IMG/VR virus record: IMGVR_UViG_3300008262_000013
Direction: 5' to 3' (one strand)
From: a virus
Taxonomy: Duplodnaviria > Caudoviricetes
Length of the DNA: 64,000 nt
Position 1 is the stretch's first letter; every line of letters starts with the position of its first letter. The position numbers and the translations under genes were made by a program. This document shows positions 48,250 to 57,140 of this stretch, in pieces. The notes beneath the pieces were generated by a model. It was given only the letters and a program-made list of their open reading frames with translations. It did not search any database and had not been told where the DNA came from.

Positions 48250-48447
48250 TTACATTCCCGATAACATTAACATTGTTGGTATTGAAGATTCTGCACTACC
48301 GCCGCCACTTACCGCAACATTTGATGCTGCTGTGATTCGACCTTGTGCATCGACAGTAATAGCCGCTGCATTTCCATCCCCGCCATAAGAACCTGCTGTG
48401 ACTGCGGTGTTTGCAAGATTATGCGATTTTACTTTTGTGTTTGGCAT
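48250..48447 (-). CDS. Short fibre-motif protein (65 aa)
   Basis: VTAGSYG..ITVDAQGRITAAS; GAGG Shine-Dalgarno. Confidence 0.6.
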   Translation of the reverse strand: MPNTKVKSHNLANTAVTAGSYGGDGNAAAITVDAQGRITAASNVAVSGGGSAESSIPTMLMLSGM

Positions 48448-48470
48448 GGGTACCTCTTGAATTTATACAC

Positions 48471-48478
48471 TATTTAGT
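48471..48478 (-). promoter_or_regulatory. Late promoter variant ACTAAATA driving the minus-strand module
   Basis: 23 nt upstream of the first minus-strand gene; a second TATAAATT box lies just downstream. Confidence 0.55.
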
Positions 48479-48547
48479 CAAACTAATTACCGTAAAAAAT
48501 GTGCTCTTGCAACATAGGATTGGATATATACTTGTACAGGAGTTTTT

Positions 48548-48691
48548 ATGAGTTGCTTACAAAAATTAATCGATTTTCTAACACCGGATCATAAATCGGA
48601 GATAGAAGTATTTATTGAGTCTAAAAATCCAAAATCTACGGCTGACGTAGAACATTGGATCCAATATTATTCAAATTACAGGAGAAACTAA
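48548..48691 (+). CDS. Hypothetical protein (47 aa)
   Basis: Below the cutoff. AGGAG Shine-Dalgarno; EIEVFIESKNPKSTADVEHW. Confidence 0.6.
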   Translation: MSCLQKLIDFLTPDHKSEIEVFIESKNPKSTADVEHWIQYYSNYRRN

Positions 48692-48692
48692 A

Positions 48693-48941
48693 ATGTTTTA
48701 TACATTCCCACCAGTACCGACTTTCAATGAAGTTGCAGAGCGTCAAAAAGATTTTATGAAGGCCTTCATTGACCTTAAAGTTGAAGGTTTCAAGTCATAC
48801 AATAAAGCTTTTGACCATGCTACATATTCCTTTTTTACTACATATACCAAAGAGTCTGAAAAATTTGTAGTAGGATTAGGAAACTATGCAAAAGAAGCCA
48901 TTGACTTTGAACCAGGTAAAGTTCAATCAAGTAAAAAGTGA
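48693..48941 (+). CDS. Amphipathic helical protein, weakly phasin-like
   Basis: AGGAGA Shine-Dalgarno; periodic Phe residues; similarity is weak. Confidence 0.35.
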   Translation: MFYTFPPVPTFNEVAERQKDFMKAFIDLKVEGFKSYNKAFDHATYSFFTTYTKESEKFVVGLGNYAKEAIDFEPGKVQSSKK

Positions 48942-49155
48942 TTTAAAATTTTGGTCACCAGTAGAACGAAATGGGTGGTACATTAAATTCTCCATCTCTA
49001 AAGATGAAAGTGTACTACTCATTTTTATTTCTGCTTACACTTGTCAAACCATCATTCGGTACTTTGAAAACGAAAATGATGCCGTCAAGTATATAAACTT
49101 CCTTTGTGAAAAAGATCCTAGTATATTATTACAAGGTAACGAAAACCCAGCTTAG
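48886..49155 (+). CDS. Hypothetical protein (start uncertain)
   Basis: ORF track. Confidence 0.45.
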   Translation: MQKKPLTLNQVKFNQVKSDLKFWSPVERNGWYIKFSISKDESVLLIFISAYTCQTIIRYFENENDAVKYINFLCEKDPSILLQGNENPA

Positions 49156-49168
49156 TCTGGGTATTTTT
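49145..49168 (+). terminator. Terminator-like hairpin
   Basis: ACCCAG-CTTAGT-CTGGGT followed by ATTTTT. Confidence 0.4.
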
Positions 49169-49483
49169 ATGGCAAAAGAAAAAGATTGTCCTCGCTGCGG
49201 CACTACTCATACGAAACGTGGTCCCTTTTGCTCAAGGTCTTGCGGCAATGTTCGTGAGCATACTGAAGAAGATAAAAAAGTTCGCCGCAAAAAACTCATC
49301 GAATATCACCAAACACCAGAAGGTATTGCTACCCAAGAAAAATCTCGCCGCATGGTTACGGCAATGAATAAAGGTGAAGATTGGAGAGAAATTTCGGTAG
49401 ATGATTTTGCTGTTGACATTCCTGATGTAACCGATTATAATCTAGATTATGATTCATCGTGGTCTCGGGCAGAAAAGTGGTGA
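49169..49483 (+). CDS. Zn-finger protein
   Basis: CPRC..FCSRSC; ATG at 49169 preferred. Confidence 0.55.
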   Translation: MAKEKDCPRCGTTHTKRGPFCSRSCGNVREHTEEDKKVRRKKLIEYHQTPEGIATQEKSRRMVTAMNKGEDWREISVDDFAVDIPDVTDYNLDYDSSWSRAEKW

Positions 49484-49485
49484 GC

Positions 49486-49514
49486 TTGACAAACACATTT
49501 TTCCGTGTTACAAT
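49486..49514 (+). promoter_or_regulatory. Sigma70 promoter, probably giving a leaderless mRNA
   Basis: TTGACA-17-TACAAT with TG extension; ATG 5 nt downstream. Confidence 0.7.
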
Positions 49515-49519
49515 GACGT

Positions 49520-49927
49520 ATGATTATCAATGGAAAAGTACCGAAAAAACACCTCTTGGCAATTGATCATTTTGCCGAGTTGCTGTTTACGCCTGCGAGA
49601 ATCGCTCAATTAGAACTTACAATTCGGTACAAAAATCTAGATGTTTTTGGTCTAGTCTATATAGATAATTATAACCTTAAAGGTAAACCAGATTCTTTTA
49701 TCATTGAAGTAAACCGTTGTTTGAGTATAGATGATAAACTAAAAACCTTGGCGCATGAAATGGTTCACGTAAAACAATATTCGTTGGGATATTTAAATGA
49801 ACCGATGACAAGATGGCGAGGCAAAAAAGTTTCTAAAAATATTGTATACGAAAACAAACCTTGGGAAATCGAGGCAGAGCTCTACGGTTTAAACCTTTAT
49901 GAATCTTTTGTAGCAAACTACCAATGA
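49520..49927 (+). CDS. Zn-metallopeptidase-like protein
   Basis: TLAHEMVHVKQ...PWEIEA. Confidence 0.8.
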   Translation: MIINGKVPKKHLLAIDHFAELLFTPARIAQLELTIRYKNLDVFGLVYIDNYNLKGKPDSFIIEVNRCLSIDDKLKTLAHEMVHVKQYSLGYLNEPMTRWRGKKVSKNIVYENKPWEIEAELYGLNLYESFVANYQ

Positions 49928-50184
49928 AAGATTTACTTAAATTTCTACCACAAATACTCTCGGCTTTGCCAGAGTTATCAAAATATATCAAAATAATTCC
50001 TATACTGCTTGTACTAGCAGGCATTGGTTACGGTGCATACTATTATTTTATGAATTACAAAGACCCCTATAAATGTGTAAACAATCAAGTATTTGAACAA
50101 ATACGAGTTGATTCAAATGTTTATGTTTTTAAAGGTGAAATTTGCATTGACGGCGAAAGGGTAAATAGTGAGTATAAAGAATGA
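49924..50184 (+). CDS. Membrane-anchored protein with two Cys
   Basis: TM segment IIPILLVLAGIGYGAYYYF. Confidence 0.55.
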   Translation: MKDLLKFLPQILSALPELSKYIKIIPILLVLAGIGYGAYYYFMNYKDPYKCVNNQVFEQIRVDSNVYVFKGEICIDGERVNSEYKE

Positions 50185-50908
50185 ATCGTCATGTAATATT
50201 TGTGGTGAGAAAAAATTTCAACAAAAAATGTGTGAAAATTGTGGAAGTGAGTCTAGGCATAGATTGCTTTATTCCACATTAGAAAAGTATGGATATTTAA
50301 ACAAAAAAACCACATTCGAAAATATAAGAGTTTTACATATTTCTCCTGATCCAGGAATAGTAAATAATTTATTTTCAATAATTGGATCAGGATATTACTT
50401 ATCTGACTATAAATCAAAATACTACGAAAACTATAATGAAAACTTACCCATACCTTTCCTTAGATTAAAACTACCGGACGATATTAGAATATTTTCCGAC
50501 AATTACTTCGACCTTATCATACATTCTAGTGTTTTAGAACATATTCCGGGAAAATATGTCGATCATTTAACTGAACTTGTTAGAATACTTAAACCTAAGG
50601 GACGTATGATATTTCATGTTCCTCTTGCAAAAGATTTTTTATCAACAAAAACAATAGAAGGAGGCGAGTTTTTAACTAGTGATGAAGAAAGAATTCTTAT
50701 ACATGGAGAAAACGACCATTACAAAACTTTTGGGTATGATTTCTTCGTAGAAATTAAAAAACTAAATGGAAATTTTTGCGTCGAAACATTCACAGAAGAA
50801 TTTAAAAAGAGCATCGAGGCTTTTCATGTTAAAATCACACATTTAAATCAATTAACTACTATTTTTACTTTTACAAAAAATGAAAATACACAAGAAAGCA
50901 GCAATTAA
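50168..50908 (+). CDS. Class I SAM methyltransferase with N-terminal Zn finger
   Basis: CENCGSESRHR, FDLIIHSSVLEHI, RILKPKG. Confidence 0.75.
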   Translation: MSIKNESSCNICGEKKFQQKMCENCGSESRHRLLYSTLEKYGYLNKKTTFENIRVLHISPDPGIVNNLFSIIGSGYYLSDYKSKYYENYNENLPIPFLRLKLPDDIRIFSDNYFDLIIHSSVLEHIPGKYVDHLTELVRILKPKGRMIFHVPLAKDFLSTKTIEGGEFLTSDEERILIHGENDHYKTFGYDFFVEIKKLNGNFCVETFTEEFKKSIEAFHVKITHLNQLTTIFTFTKNENTQESSN

Positions 50909-51158
50909 GACAGCTCTTATCATACTGTCTTTCTTTATGCTAACAACATTTTTAGCATTTGTTATGATAAACATTCCAACAAATTGGATTCTACCCATCT
51001 TTGGTATCGTTTTACTTGGCATTGTTATACAAGCCATTTATAAAGTAGTTTTAAGTCAAATGAAATGGGACGAAGAAATCTTGGAAAGAGAACAGGAATG
51101 GAAAAGAATTGATTCTGAACGTTATGAAAGAAAGATGAATCATCATGATACTAAATGA
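50880..51158 (+). CDS. Two-TM membrane protein
   Basis: Two hydrophobic stretches. Confidence 0.55.
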   Translation: MKIHKKAAIKTALIILSFFMLTTFLAFVMINIPTNWILPIFGIVLLGIVIQAIYKVVLSQMKWDEEILEREQEWKRIDSERYERKMNHHDTK

Positions 51159-51429
51159 TGAATTGTTGAATTCTCTATCGACCATTTCGGTTCAATTAAA
51201 TGTCAATCATATCGAATCTCTTTCATACAGAGGATTAGATGGAGATGAATATGAGAAATTACTCAAAGAAAAATTAGTTCGAAAATTGATAGACGGATTA
51301 ATGAATTCGAATCATATCGAATTTACTGCACAAGAAGATACGAATCAAATGAGTCGAATTTATCGTGCCAGAGTTGTCACAGCTAATGCAAGTGTAATTG
51401 GTAAACTAAGAAAAGAATCAATAATATAA
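51145..51429 (+). CDS. Hypothetical protein
   Basis: ORF track. Confidence 0.5.
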   Translation: MILNDELLNSLSTISVQLNVNHIESLSYRGLDGDEYEKLLKEKLVRKLIDGLMNSNHIEFTAQEDTNQMSRIYRARVVTANASVIGKLRKESII

Positions 51430-51444
51430 CAAAAGGGAGAATTA

Positions 51445-52212
51445 ATGGCAAGAAAATCTTCTGTAGACCTGCAAATTGTTGAAAGTGAACATTCAACAAA
51501 AAACTCAAAAATAAAAACAGGAACACATAATTTGAGAATTAAAATAGATGATTTAAAAACATTTGACCCATTGACAGAAAATCAAAAAATATTTTTTGAT
51601 GCATATAAAAGGCAAGATTATTTTATAGCACTGCATGGTGTAGCAGGAACAGGAAAAACATTTTGTGCATTATATAAAGCCTTAGAAGAAGTTTTAGATA
51701 GAAATAATCCTTTTCAGAAAATCATTGTTGTTCGTTCGGCTGTACAGTCTAGAGAAATTGGCCATTTACCGGGTGATGTACATGAGAAGATGGAAATCTA
51801 TCAGCAACCATATAGACAAATTTGTGAAACATTATTCGGACGCAGAGATGCATGGGATAGATTAGAAGAACAGGGGCATATTGAATTTATTTCCACCTCA
51901 TTTATCCGGGGAATGTCCTTCGATGACGCAATCATTATCGTTGATGAATGTCAGAATTTATCATTCGAGGAAATTGATACCGTTATGACCCGAGTTGGAT
52001 ATCGTTCAAAAATTATTTGGTGTGGTGATTATCGTCAAACTGATTTGAACAAAAAGAAAAATGATGTTTCTGGTATTTTGAAATTCTTTGACATTGCATA
52101 CCATATGGCAGCATTTACAAGAGTTGAATTTACAGTTGAAGATATTGTGAGAAGTAGTTTAGTAAAAGATTACATTATCGCAAAGTTGAAAGTAGAAGAT
52201 TTGAATAACTAA
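51445..52212 (+). CDS. phoH: PhoH family ATPase
   Basis: GVAGTGKT, IGHLPG, IRGMSF, VDECQN, CGD..QTD, DIVRS. Confidence 0.93.
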   Translation: MARKSSVDLQIVESEHSTKNSKIKTGTHNLRIKIDDLKTFDPLTENQKIFFDAYKRQDYFIALHGVAGTGKTFCALYKALEEVLDRNNPFQKIIVVRSAVQSREIGHLPGDVHEKMEIYQQPYRQICETLFGRRDAWDRLEEQGHIEFISTSFIRGMSFDDAIIIVDECQNLSFEEIDTVMTRVGYRSKIIWCGDYRQTDLNKKKNDVSGILKFFDIAYHMAAFTRVEFTVEDIVRSSLVKDYIIAKLKVEDLNN

Positions 52213-52226
52213 CACAGGAGTATATT

Positions 52227-52658
52227 ATGATTTATTTTGATGATGAAAGAGATTATAGTAAAATCGTTGAAGAATGGATTCGTGATTTCATTGCAACAAT
52301 GGACGAGGGTGTGCTTACAGCAGGCAATGATTCGGGTGAGGCACCTTTTGGTGTAAAAATCATTTTCGATGGCTATGGGTATGATGAAGAAAATGATTTG
52401 GAAAATAATGATACAAACACATTGTCGTTTGCTGTATTCATTCACAAAAATTCATTGAATGAGGAATTTCCACCACATGAACAAACGCCTTGGGCTTTGA
52501 TTCATCGACCAAAAGAAGAAGTTTGCATTTGGGCTTGGTATGATGTCAATGCTGATTTAGTTGATATCATACCATTTGAAGATAATAATTCTACAGAGTT
52601 GGATCCAAAATTTGTCAGCAATTTAATTCATGAAATTTATATGAGGGAGTTACAATGA
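52227..52658 (+). CDS. Strongly acidic hypothetical protein
   Basis: AGGAG Shine-Dalgarno; about 30 Asp/Glu versus under 10 Lys/Arg. Confidence 0.6.
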   Translation: MIYFDDERDYSKIVEEWIRDFIATMDEGVLTAGNDSGEAPFGVKIIFDGYGYDEENDLENNDTNTLSFAVFIHKNSLNEEFPPHEQTPWALIHRPKEEVCIWAWYDVNADLVDIIPFEDNNSTELDPKFVSNLIHEIYMRELQ

Positions 52659-53158
52659 GTTTAGTACAATATGCAGAAAGTGAATTAGACCGTATTGGTA
52701 TGACCGATGATGATGACATGAATGGAGCAATGCGTAGACATTTGCTACACATGATACATGAATTTTCAGAAGAAGGACATTCTGGATTCTCTGCGAGTTA
52801 TGCATTACAGTGTTTAGAAAAATTACTTCGTTTTAAACCACTATCACCATTAACAGGTGAAGATGATGAATGGACTGATGTTGCTGAAATCAGTGGAAAA
52901 CCACACTATCAAAACAAAAGATGTGGTTCTGTATTCAAAGATGGTAAAGACGGTGAAGCATATGATATCGATGGTAAAGTATTTTGGGAATGGTATAAAG
53001 ATGATGATGGAAATGTATATAAATCACATTACACCGCTTTCGAAAGTCGTGTACCAGTAAAATTTCCTTATATTGTGCCTGATGAGCCAATCTATGAGTG
53101 GCGTGTTTCATCGCATGATCCACAACAAGCCGAACAAAATGAAGAAGGTTTTGTGTAA
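52655..53158 (+). CDS. Conserved phage hypothetical protein
   Basis: GHSGFSA..PLSPLTGEDDEW..QNKRC pattern. Confidence 0.6.
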   Translation: MSLVQYAESELDRIGMTDDDDMNGAMRRHLLHMIHEFSEEGHSGFSASYALQCLEKLLRFKPLSPLTGEDDEWTDVAEISGKPHYQNKRCGSVFKDGKDGEAYDIDGKVFWEWYKDDDGNVYKSHYTAFESRVPVKFPYIVPDEPIYEWRVSSHDPQQAEQNEEGFV

Positions 53159-53397
53159 TGAAATTTTGGACTATCGTTTATCCCGATGAGACAGAATCAG
53201 GTCAAGAATACACACATTGGGAAACATTATCTGATCAAGATATTTTAGAGCAATACTGGTCTTACTGGTATGTTCGTATGATTGAAAATAATCAACCTAT
53301 TGAGAAACTAACATCCGAACAATGTATTGAAGATTGGTGTGTCATACATTGGGCAGAGCGAAACTATTGGCGTGAGATGAAGGATTGCATAACATGA
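53158..53397 (+). CDS. Trp-rich hypothetical protein
   Basis: ORF track. Confidence 0.55.
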   Translation: MKFWTIVYPDETESGQEYTHWETLSDQDILEQYWSYWYVRMIENNQPIEKLTSEQCIEDWCVIHWAERNYWREMKDCIT

Positions 53398-54107
53398 GAA
53401 ACAATTTTTTTGAAATTACTTGGTCAGACTATAAATTTTGGCACATGTATTTGATATGGCCAACAGAGGGTGATGAAAACAAATATTTAAAAATTTCATT
53501 TGGTTTCTGGAAATTCTTTGCAAGTATAGGATTGTGGCCAACAAAAGGTGTTGGAGATTTTACTTCAATTATGGGACCAAAATATGGTTTCTCATATAGT
53601 GAAGGTGTATTTTTTATCTACAAAGGATTGGACAAATACACTGCAATTGATATGCCATGGCGTTGGCAAATTGTTCGCCATGACCTTTTATTGCCTGATG
53701 GTAGTGTATATCAAACCAATTTGTGGGATTATTCTGGCGAAAAAATTGGTGAACATTACCATTGGCATGAAATGTTAAATGGTTGGAAGGATGAAAATCT
53801 AAAAAGAGGCCTTTTAGAAAAATGTGCTAGAACGGTAGAATTGGATCACTATACAAAAGATGGTCGCCGTCAACAGGCAATAATCACATTAACGGGTGAA
53901 GAAAGAGAATGGCGTTGGTTGTGGTTTACATGGTTGCCATTATTCAATAAAGTTGAACGAGTTGTTTCTTGTGAATCAAATGTCGAATTGGGCAAGAAAG
54001 CAGGAACATGGAAAGGCGGCATGATGGGTTGGAGTTGCGATTGGGCAATAAATGAAAGTATGGAAATGGCATTTAGAAGATGGTATGATAAGTGGGACGG
54101 CAATTAA
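53394..54107 (+). CDS. Trp-rich hypothetical protein
   Basis: ORF track; ATG at 53394. Confidence 0.55.
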   Translation: MRNNFFEITWSDYKFWHMYLIWPTEGDENKYLKISFGFWKFFASIGLWPTKGVGDFTSIMGPKYGFSYSEGVFFIYKGLDKYTAIDMPWRWQIVRHDLLLPDGSVYQTNLWDYSGEKIGEHYHWHEMLNGWKDENLKRGLLEKCARTVELDHYTKDGRRQQAIITLTGEEREWRWLWFTWLPLFNKVERVVSCESNVELGKKAGTWKGGMMGWSCDWAINESMEMAFRRWYDKWDGN

Positions 54108-54157
54108 TCATGAAACTGTGTTACCTATACAACAAACCACTTGATAAAAAAATTTAG

Positions 54158-54394
54158 ATGAAGTATAATACTTTAAACACATTCATAGAAGGAGATGTTT
54201 TGGACAACGGCAATAAAGAAATTCTAATCGATAAGGAAGATTTAGAATCTATTCTACAAAAGGTGAAAGAGATTGGTTGTGATACACCATTCTATATTCG
54301 CCAACAAAAAGATCAAGAGAGTGATGCCTCTTTTGAAGTTGAAGTGCCTTTTAAATTAAAAGGAATTTTCGGTTTTTTTACGTTTAGGGTCTAA
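54158..54394 (+). CDS. Hypothetical protein
   Basis: ORF track. Confidence 0.45.
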   Translation: MKYNTLNTFIEGDVLDNGNKEILIDKEDLESILQKVKEIGCDTPFYIRQQKDQESDASFEVEVPFKLKGIFGFFTFRV

Positions 54395-54398
54395 CATA

Positions 54399-54623
54399 AT
54401 GGAAGATACAATTTTCGATGACGAGATCATTGAAGCTGCAGTAAAATTAGATGACTTTTTGCTTGAATTAGTCGAACAAGGTTTTGGTCCAAATGCAATT
54501 AATGGTATTGTGTTAGCCCGTCTAATGATACTAAACAGAGAAACCGATAACGAATCCGATTTTTATTCGTTTTTAACTACAGTGCAAAACGATAGAAACT
54601 TAACACCTAAAACATTGCAATGA
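54399..54623 (+). CDS. Acidic hypothetical protein
   Basis: ORF track. Confidence 0.5.
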   Translation: MEDTIFDDEIIEAAVKLDDFLLELVEQGFGPNAINGIVLARLMILNRETDNESDFYSFLTTVQNDRNLTPKTLQ

Positions 54624-54772
54624 ACGCAAATAATATCGTTTACTTGAAAACTCAGGAAAAACCAGAACCTTTAATTGATTCTGATTATTTTGGCTCTGAG
54701 AAAATTCCAGTAAACGATTTATTATCTTTAATTGATTTGATAAAGAAAGCAAAAGAAAATGGGAATACTTAG
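54620..54772 (+). CDS. Hypothetical protein (50 aa)
   Basis: Below the cutoff; ATGA overlap. Confidence 0.45.
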   Translation: MNANNIVYLKTQEKPEPLIDSDYFGSEKIPVNDLLSLIDLIKKAKENGNT

Positions 54773-54917
54773 TCTTTTCGTTGATACTTTTTTTGCTTGG
54801 TTATTTTGGCAATGGTCGAGTGAGAATTATAATGAAGGCAAAAAAATCTCTGCCTATTTTTATTTGTTTCTGAGTGCCTTGTTCGGTGCATTTGTTTTTA
54901 ACACATTATTTAAATAA
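54759..54917 (+). CDS. Two-TM membrane protein (52 aa)
   Basis: Below the cutoff; two hydrophobic helices. Confidence 0.45.
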   Translation: MGILSLFVDTFFAWLFWQWSSENYNEGKKISAYFYLFLSALFGAFVFNTLFK

Positions 54918-54936
54918 AAGAATTGAGGAAAATATT

Positions 54937-55116
54937 ATGAAAGTTTTAACCACTACCACAATCGGTCGTTCGGTATCAATTGTGTCTAATCAAATTGTTA
55001 GAGTTGAAGAACATGGTGATTCGCATCGATCATGGATTTTTACAACAGATGGACAATCAGTTGTTGTTGATATGCCTTATCTTGAAGTTGTGGGATTTTT
55101 AAAAAGTATTGATTGA
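54937..55116 (+). CDS. Small protein resembling the FlbD/SwrD family
   Basis: I..VEE..S.I.TTDG...V pattern; GAGGA before ATG 54937. Confidence 0.4.
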   Translation: MKVLTTTTIGRSVSIVSNQIVRVEEHGDSHRSWIFTTDGQSVVVDMPYLEVVGFLKSID

Positions 55117-55125
55117 GAGTAAATA

Positions 55126-55308
55126 ATGTGGACTTTAGTTATCATGTTACACGCCATTTCACCGAATGTGCCGCCATCAAAAGGATCAATAACTTTACCT
55201 ACTCAAAATATTGAAGAATGTCAGCAAGTACGAGATTATGTAAAAAAGGCCTGGGAATCCGACAAGTATAGAGTAACAGCAAATTGTGTACCTAATGGTA
55301 GGAGATAA
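55126..55308 (+). CDS. Small exported two-Cys protein
   Basis: MWTLVIML...EEC...ANC. Confidence 0.55.
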   Translation: MWTLVIMLHAISPNVPPSKGSITLPTQNIEECQQVRDYVKKAWESDKYRVTANCVPNGRR

Positions 55309-55309
55309 T

Positions 55310-55579
55310 ATGCAGCAATTAGAAATAAAATTTTTCTGGCCATTAACGGAACAAATTCCTCTTGACCTTGATTATGCAGATTGCGAGGCGCCAAAACTTT
55401 CCGCAGTAAAATTATATTCGAATTATGCGATACGAAATATAAATGATATTACCACTACCTTTGTTGCTAGCAATTTGTCGATTGATGTAGATACTACTGT
55501 AATCAAAACAAAAGATGAACCACCATTCTATCGTAAAATGCTTTATAAAATGATGGGTATAAAATGGGAGAAAAAATGA
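55310..55579 (+). CDS. Hypothetical protein
   Basis: AGGAGA before ATG 55310. Confidence 0.55.
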   Translation: MQQLEIKFFWPLTEQIPLDLDYADCEAPKLSAVKLYSNYAIRNINDITTTFVASNLSIDVDTTVIKTKDEPPFYRKMLYKMMGIKWEKK

Positions 55580-55725
55580 GTGATACAAAATTCATGGAAG
55601 AATACACTGAGATGATAATTGAAGAATGTCGTAAGGCTTTGCATCCTGAGCTTCGTGATATGATATCTCGCGGTCAAGCATTTGATTTAATCAAAAAACA
55701 TTTTGGTATAAAAGAAGATGAATGA
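55576..55725 (+). CDS. 'IIxEC' family small protein (49 aa)
   Basis: Below the cutoff; EMIIEEC...IKKHFG. Confidence 0.55.
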   Translation: MSDTKFMEEYTEMIIEECRKALHPELRDMISRGQAFDLIKKHFGIKEDE

Positions 55726-55972
55726 GCAAATAAAAGACTTGATGCAAAAGCATGGCATACACAAATATATTGATGCTGATTGCCAGTCGAGGATTGAAAT
55801 GATATCTGACTTGATTATAAAAGAATGTATTGCTTGCTGCGGTAGTCAGGCCGATAAGAAAAATATTCTTAAACGATTTGGTTATGAAATACCTAGCGAT
55901 ATAAAGTATAAGGGACCAGATGCTCATTGGTCGATTACAAGTCAATACAATAGAGATTATAATATACCATGA
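55718..55972 (+). CDS. 'IIxEC' family small protein
   Basis: MNEQIKDL...DLIIKEC...KRFG. Confidence 0.6.
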   Translation: MNEQIKDLMQKHGIHKYIDADCQSRIEMISDLIIKECIACCGSQADKKNILKRFGYEIPSDIKYKGPDAHWSITSQYNRDYNIP

Positions 55973-56247
55973 GTCGATTAAATTGTGATGAACTGTTAGT
56001 GATATTGCAGGAAGAATGTGGTGAAGTAGTGCAGATTATTTCAAAGATTCACCGATTTGGATTATATAATTTTAATCCAATTACCGAGGAACATAATGAT
56101 ACTCTACTACACAAAGAAGTGGGAGATTTATTGTGTATGATTGAGTTGTGTGTAGAGAAAAAAATTTTGGATGAAAAAGAATTAACCCATTACATAGCAG
56201 AGAAACGCAAGAAGTTGAAAAAGTGGAGTAATTTGGATCATGAATGA
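55969..56247 (+). CDS. MazG-like nucleotide pyrophosphohydrolase
   Basis: LQEECGEVVQ..K..EVGDL. Confidence 0.75.
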   Translation: MSRLNCDELLVILQEECGEVVQIISKIHRFGLYNFNPITEEHNDTLLHKEVGDLLCMIELCVEKKILDEKELTHYIAEKRKKLKKWSNLDHE

Positions 56248-56473
56248 AAAGATTAAAGAATTGGCCGAAAAGGCCGGTTTCCTACTATGGGAAGATGAGC
56301 CATGGAAACCTGAAGGTGCTATCGTTGATTGGGGATCACAATATGATGGTGAGTTGGAAAGATTCGCTGAGTTGATTATCAATGAATGTTTAGGTATATG
56401 TGAAGAACTAGGCGATAAAGGAATGGATGGTCATTATTGTGCTGATAAAATCAGTAAAACATTTAGGAGTTAA
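56240..56473 (+). CDS. 'IIxEC' family small protein
   Basis: MNEKIKELAEKAG...FAELIINEC. Confidence 0.6.
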   Translation: MNEKIKELAEKAGFLLWEDEPWKPEGAIVDWGSQYDGELERFAELIINECLGICEELGDKGMDGHYCADKISKTFRS

Positions 56474-56476
56474 AGA

Positions 56477-56677
56477 ATGATATTAAACTATTTTAGAGAA
56501 CAGATTGAGGGCGGTGCCACAGACAACTGGTTCTATGGCACTGAAATGAACGGCGAAGTTCGTGTTGAGCGTCATCGTGGCAGTCTTGACGTATTTCCCA
56601 CCAATCTAAAATTTGTTCGAATGGCAGGAAGTGTTCCATTCTTTACACTGGACACATACGATGAACGAGGCAATTGA
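56477..56677 (+). CDS. Hypothetical protein
   Basis: AGGAG Shine-Dalgarno. Confidence 0.5.
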   Translation: MILNYFREQIEGGATDNWFYGTEMNGEVRVERHRGSLDVFPTNLKFVRMAGSVPFFTLDTYDERGN

Positions 56678-56783
56678 GTTCGTTATGCAATTCTATAATA
56701 TCTCCAGAGATGATGTTATCAGCCTTTATTGGGATGAGGTTGAAGCCTACATGCAATTACTTAATCATGGAGTTGAAAAATGA
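56661..56783 (+). CDS. Hypothetical protein (40 aa)
   Basis: Below the cutoff; fills the gap between overlapping neighbours. Confidence 0.4.
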   Translation: MNEAIEFVMQFYNISRDDVISLYWDEVEAYMQLLNHGVEK

Positions 56784-56953
56784 AAATATTTGTAATCGCT
56801 GTGACTACGGTCGGTTTCATTCTACTGCTTAGTTGGATTGTAATGTTGCCACTCAATTTTAAAGATGATGAGTGTACCGCTAAGAACGGTATATTGGTGA
56901 AAACGGTCAATGGTTATTATTGCTTTGACCAAAAAGTTTTAATTAAAATGTAG
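56780..56953 (+). CDS. Membrane-anchored two-Cys protein (57 aa)
   Basis: Below the cutoff; GGAG Shine-Dalgarno, N-terminal TM, C..KNG..GYYC. Confidence 0.55.
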   Translation: MKIFVIAVTTVGFILLLSWIVMLPLNFKDDECTAKNGILVKTVNGYYCFDQKVLIKM

Positions 56954-57140
56954 AGTTAGGTGTTAGATAATCTTTGAATGTACATGATGCATTGATTTTC
57001 GTACCTTTGAGTGAGAGTGCTTGGATTGCCTTTTGCATGTCGGCGGTACATTCTGCCTCTGTTTTATAGAGGTTGAATATTGAACCTTTATGCTTATGCG
57101 GTGGTTCGGATGAGAGTACGATTAAGAGTAGGATCCACAT
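56943..57140 (-). CDS. Lone antisense exported two-Cys protein, likely late and leaderless
   Basis: MWILLLIVL...AEC...ASC; perfect late box 5 nt upstream. Confidence 0.65.
   Translation of the reverse strand: MWILLLIVLSSEPPHKHKGSIFNLYKTEAECTADMQKAIQALSLKGTKINASCTFKDYLTPNSTF

Noticed and set aside
39249-48480. Invertible tail-fibre segment (Gin/Cin type)
   Set aside because: No terminal inverted repeats beyond about 6 nt and no invertase in the window.
48507-48532. Sigma70 promoter TTGCAA...TATACT
   Set aside because: The spacer is only 14 nt.
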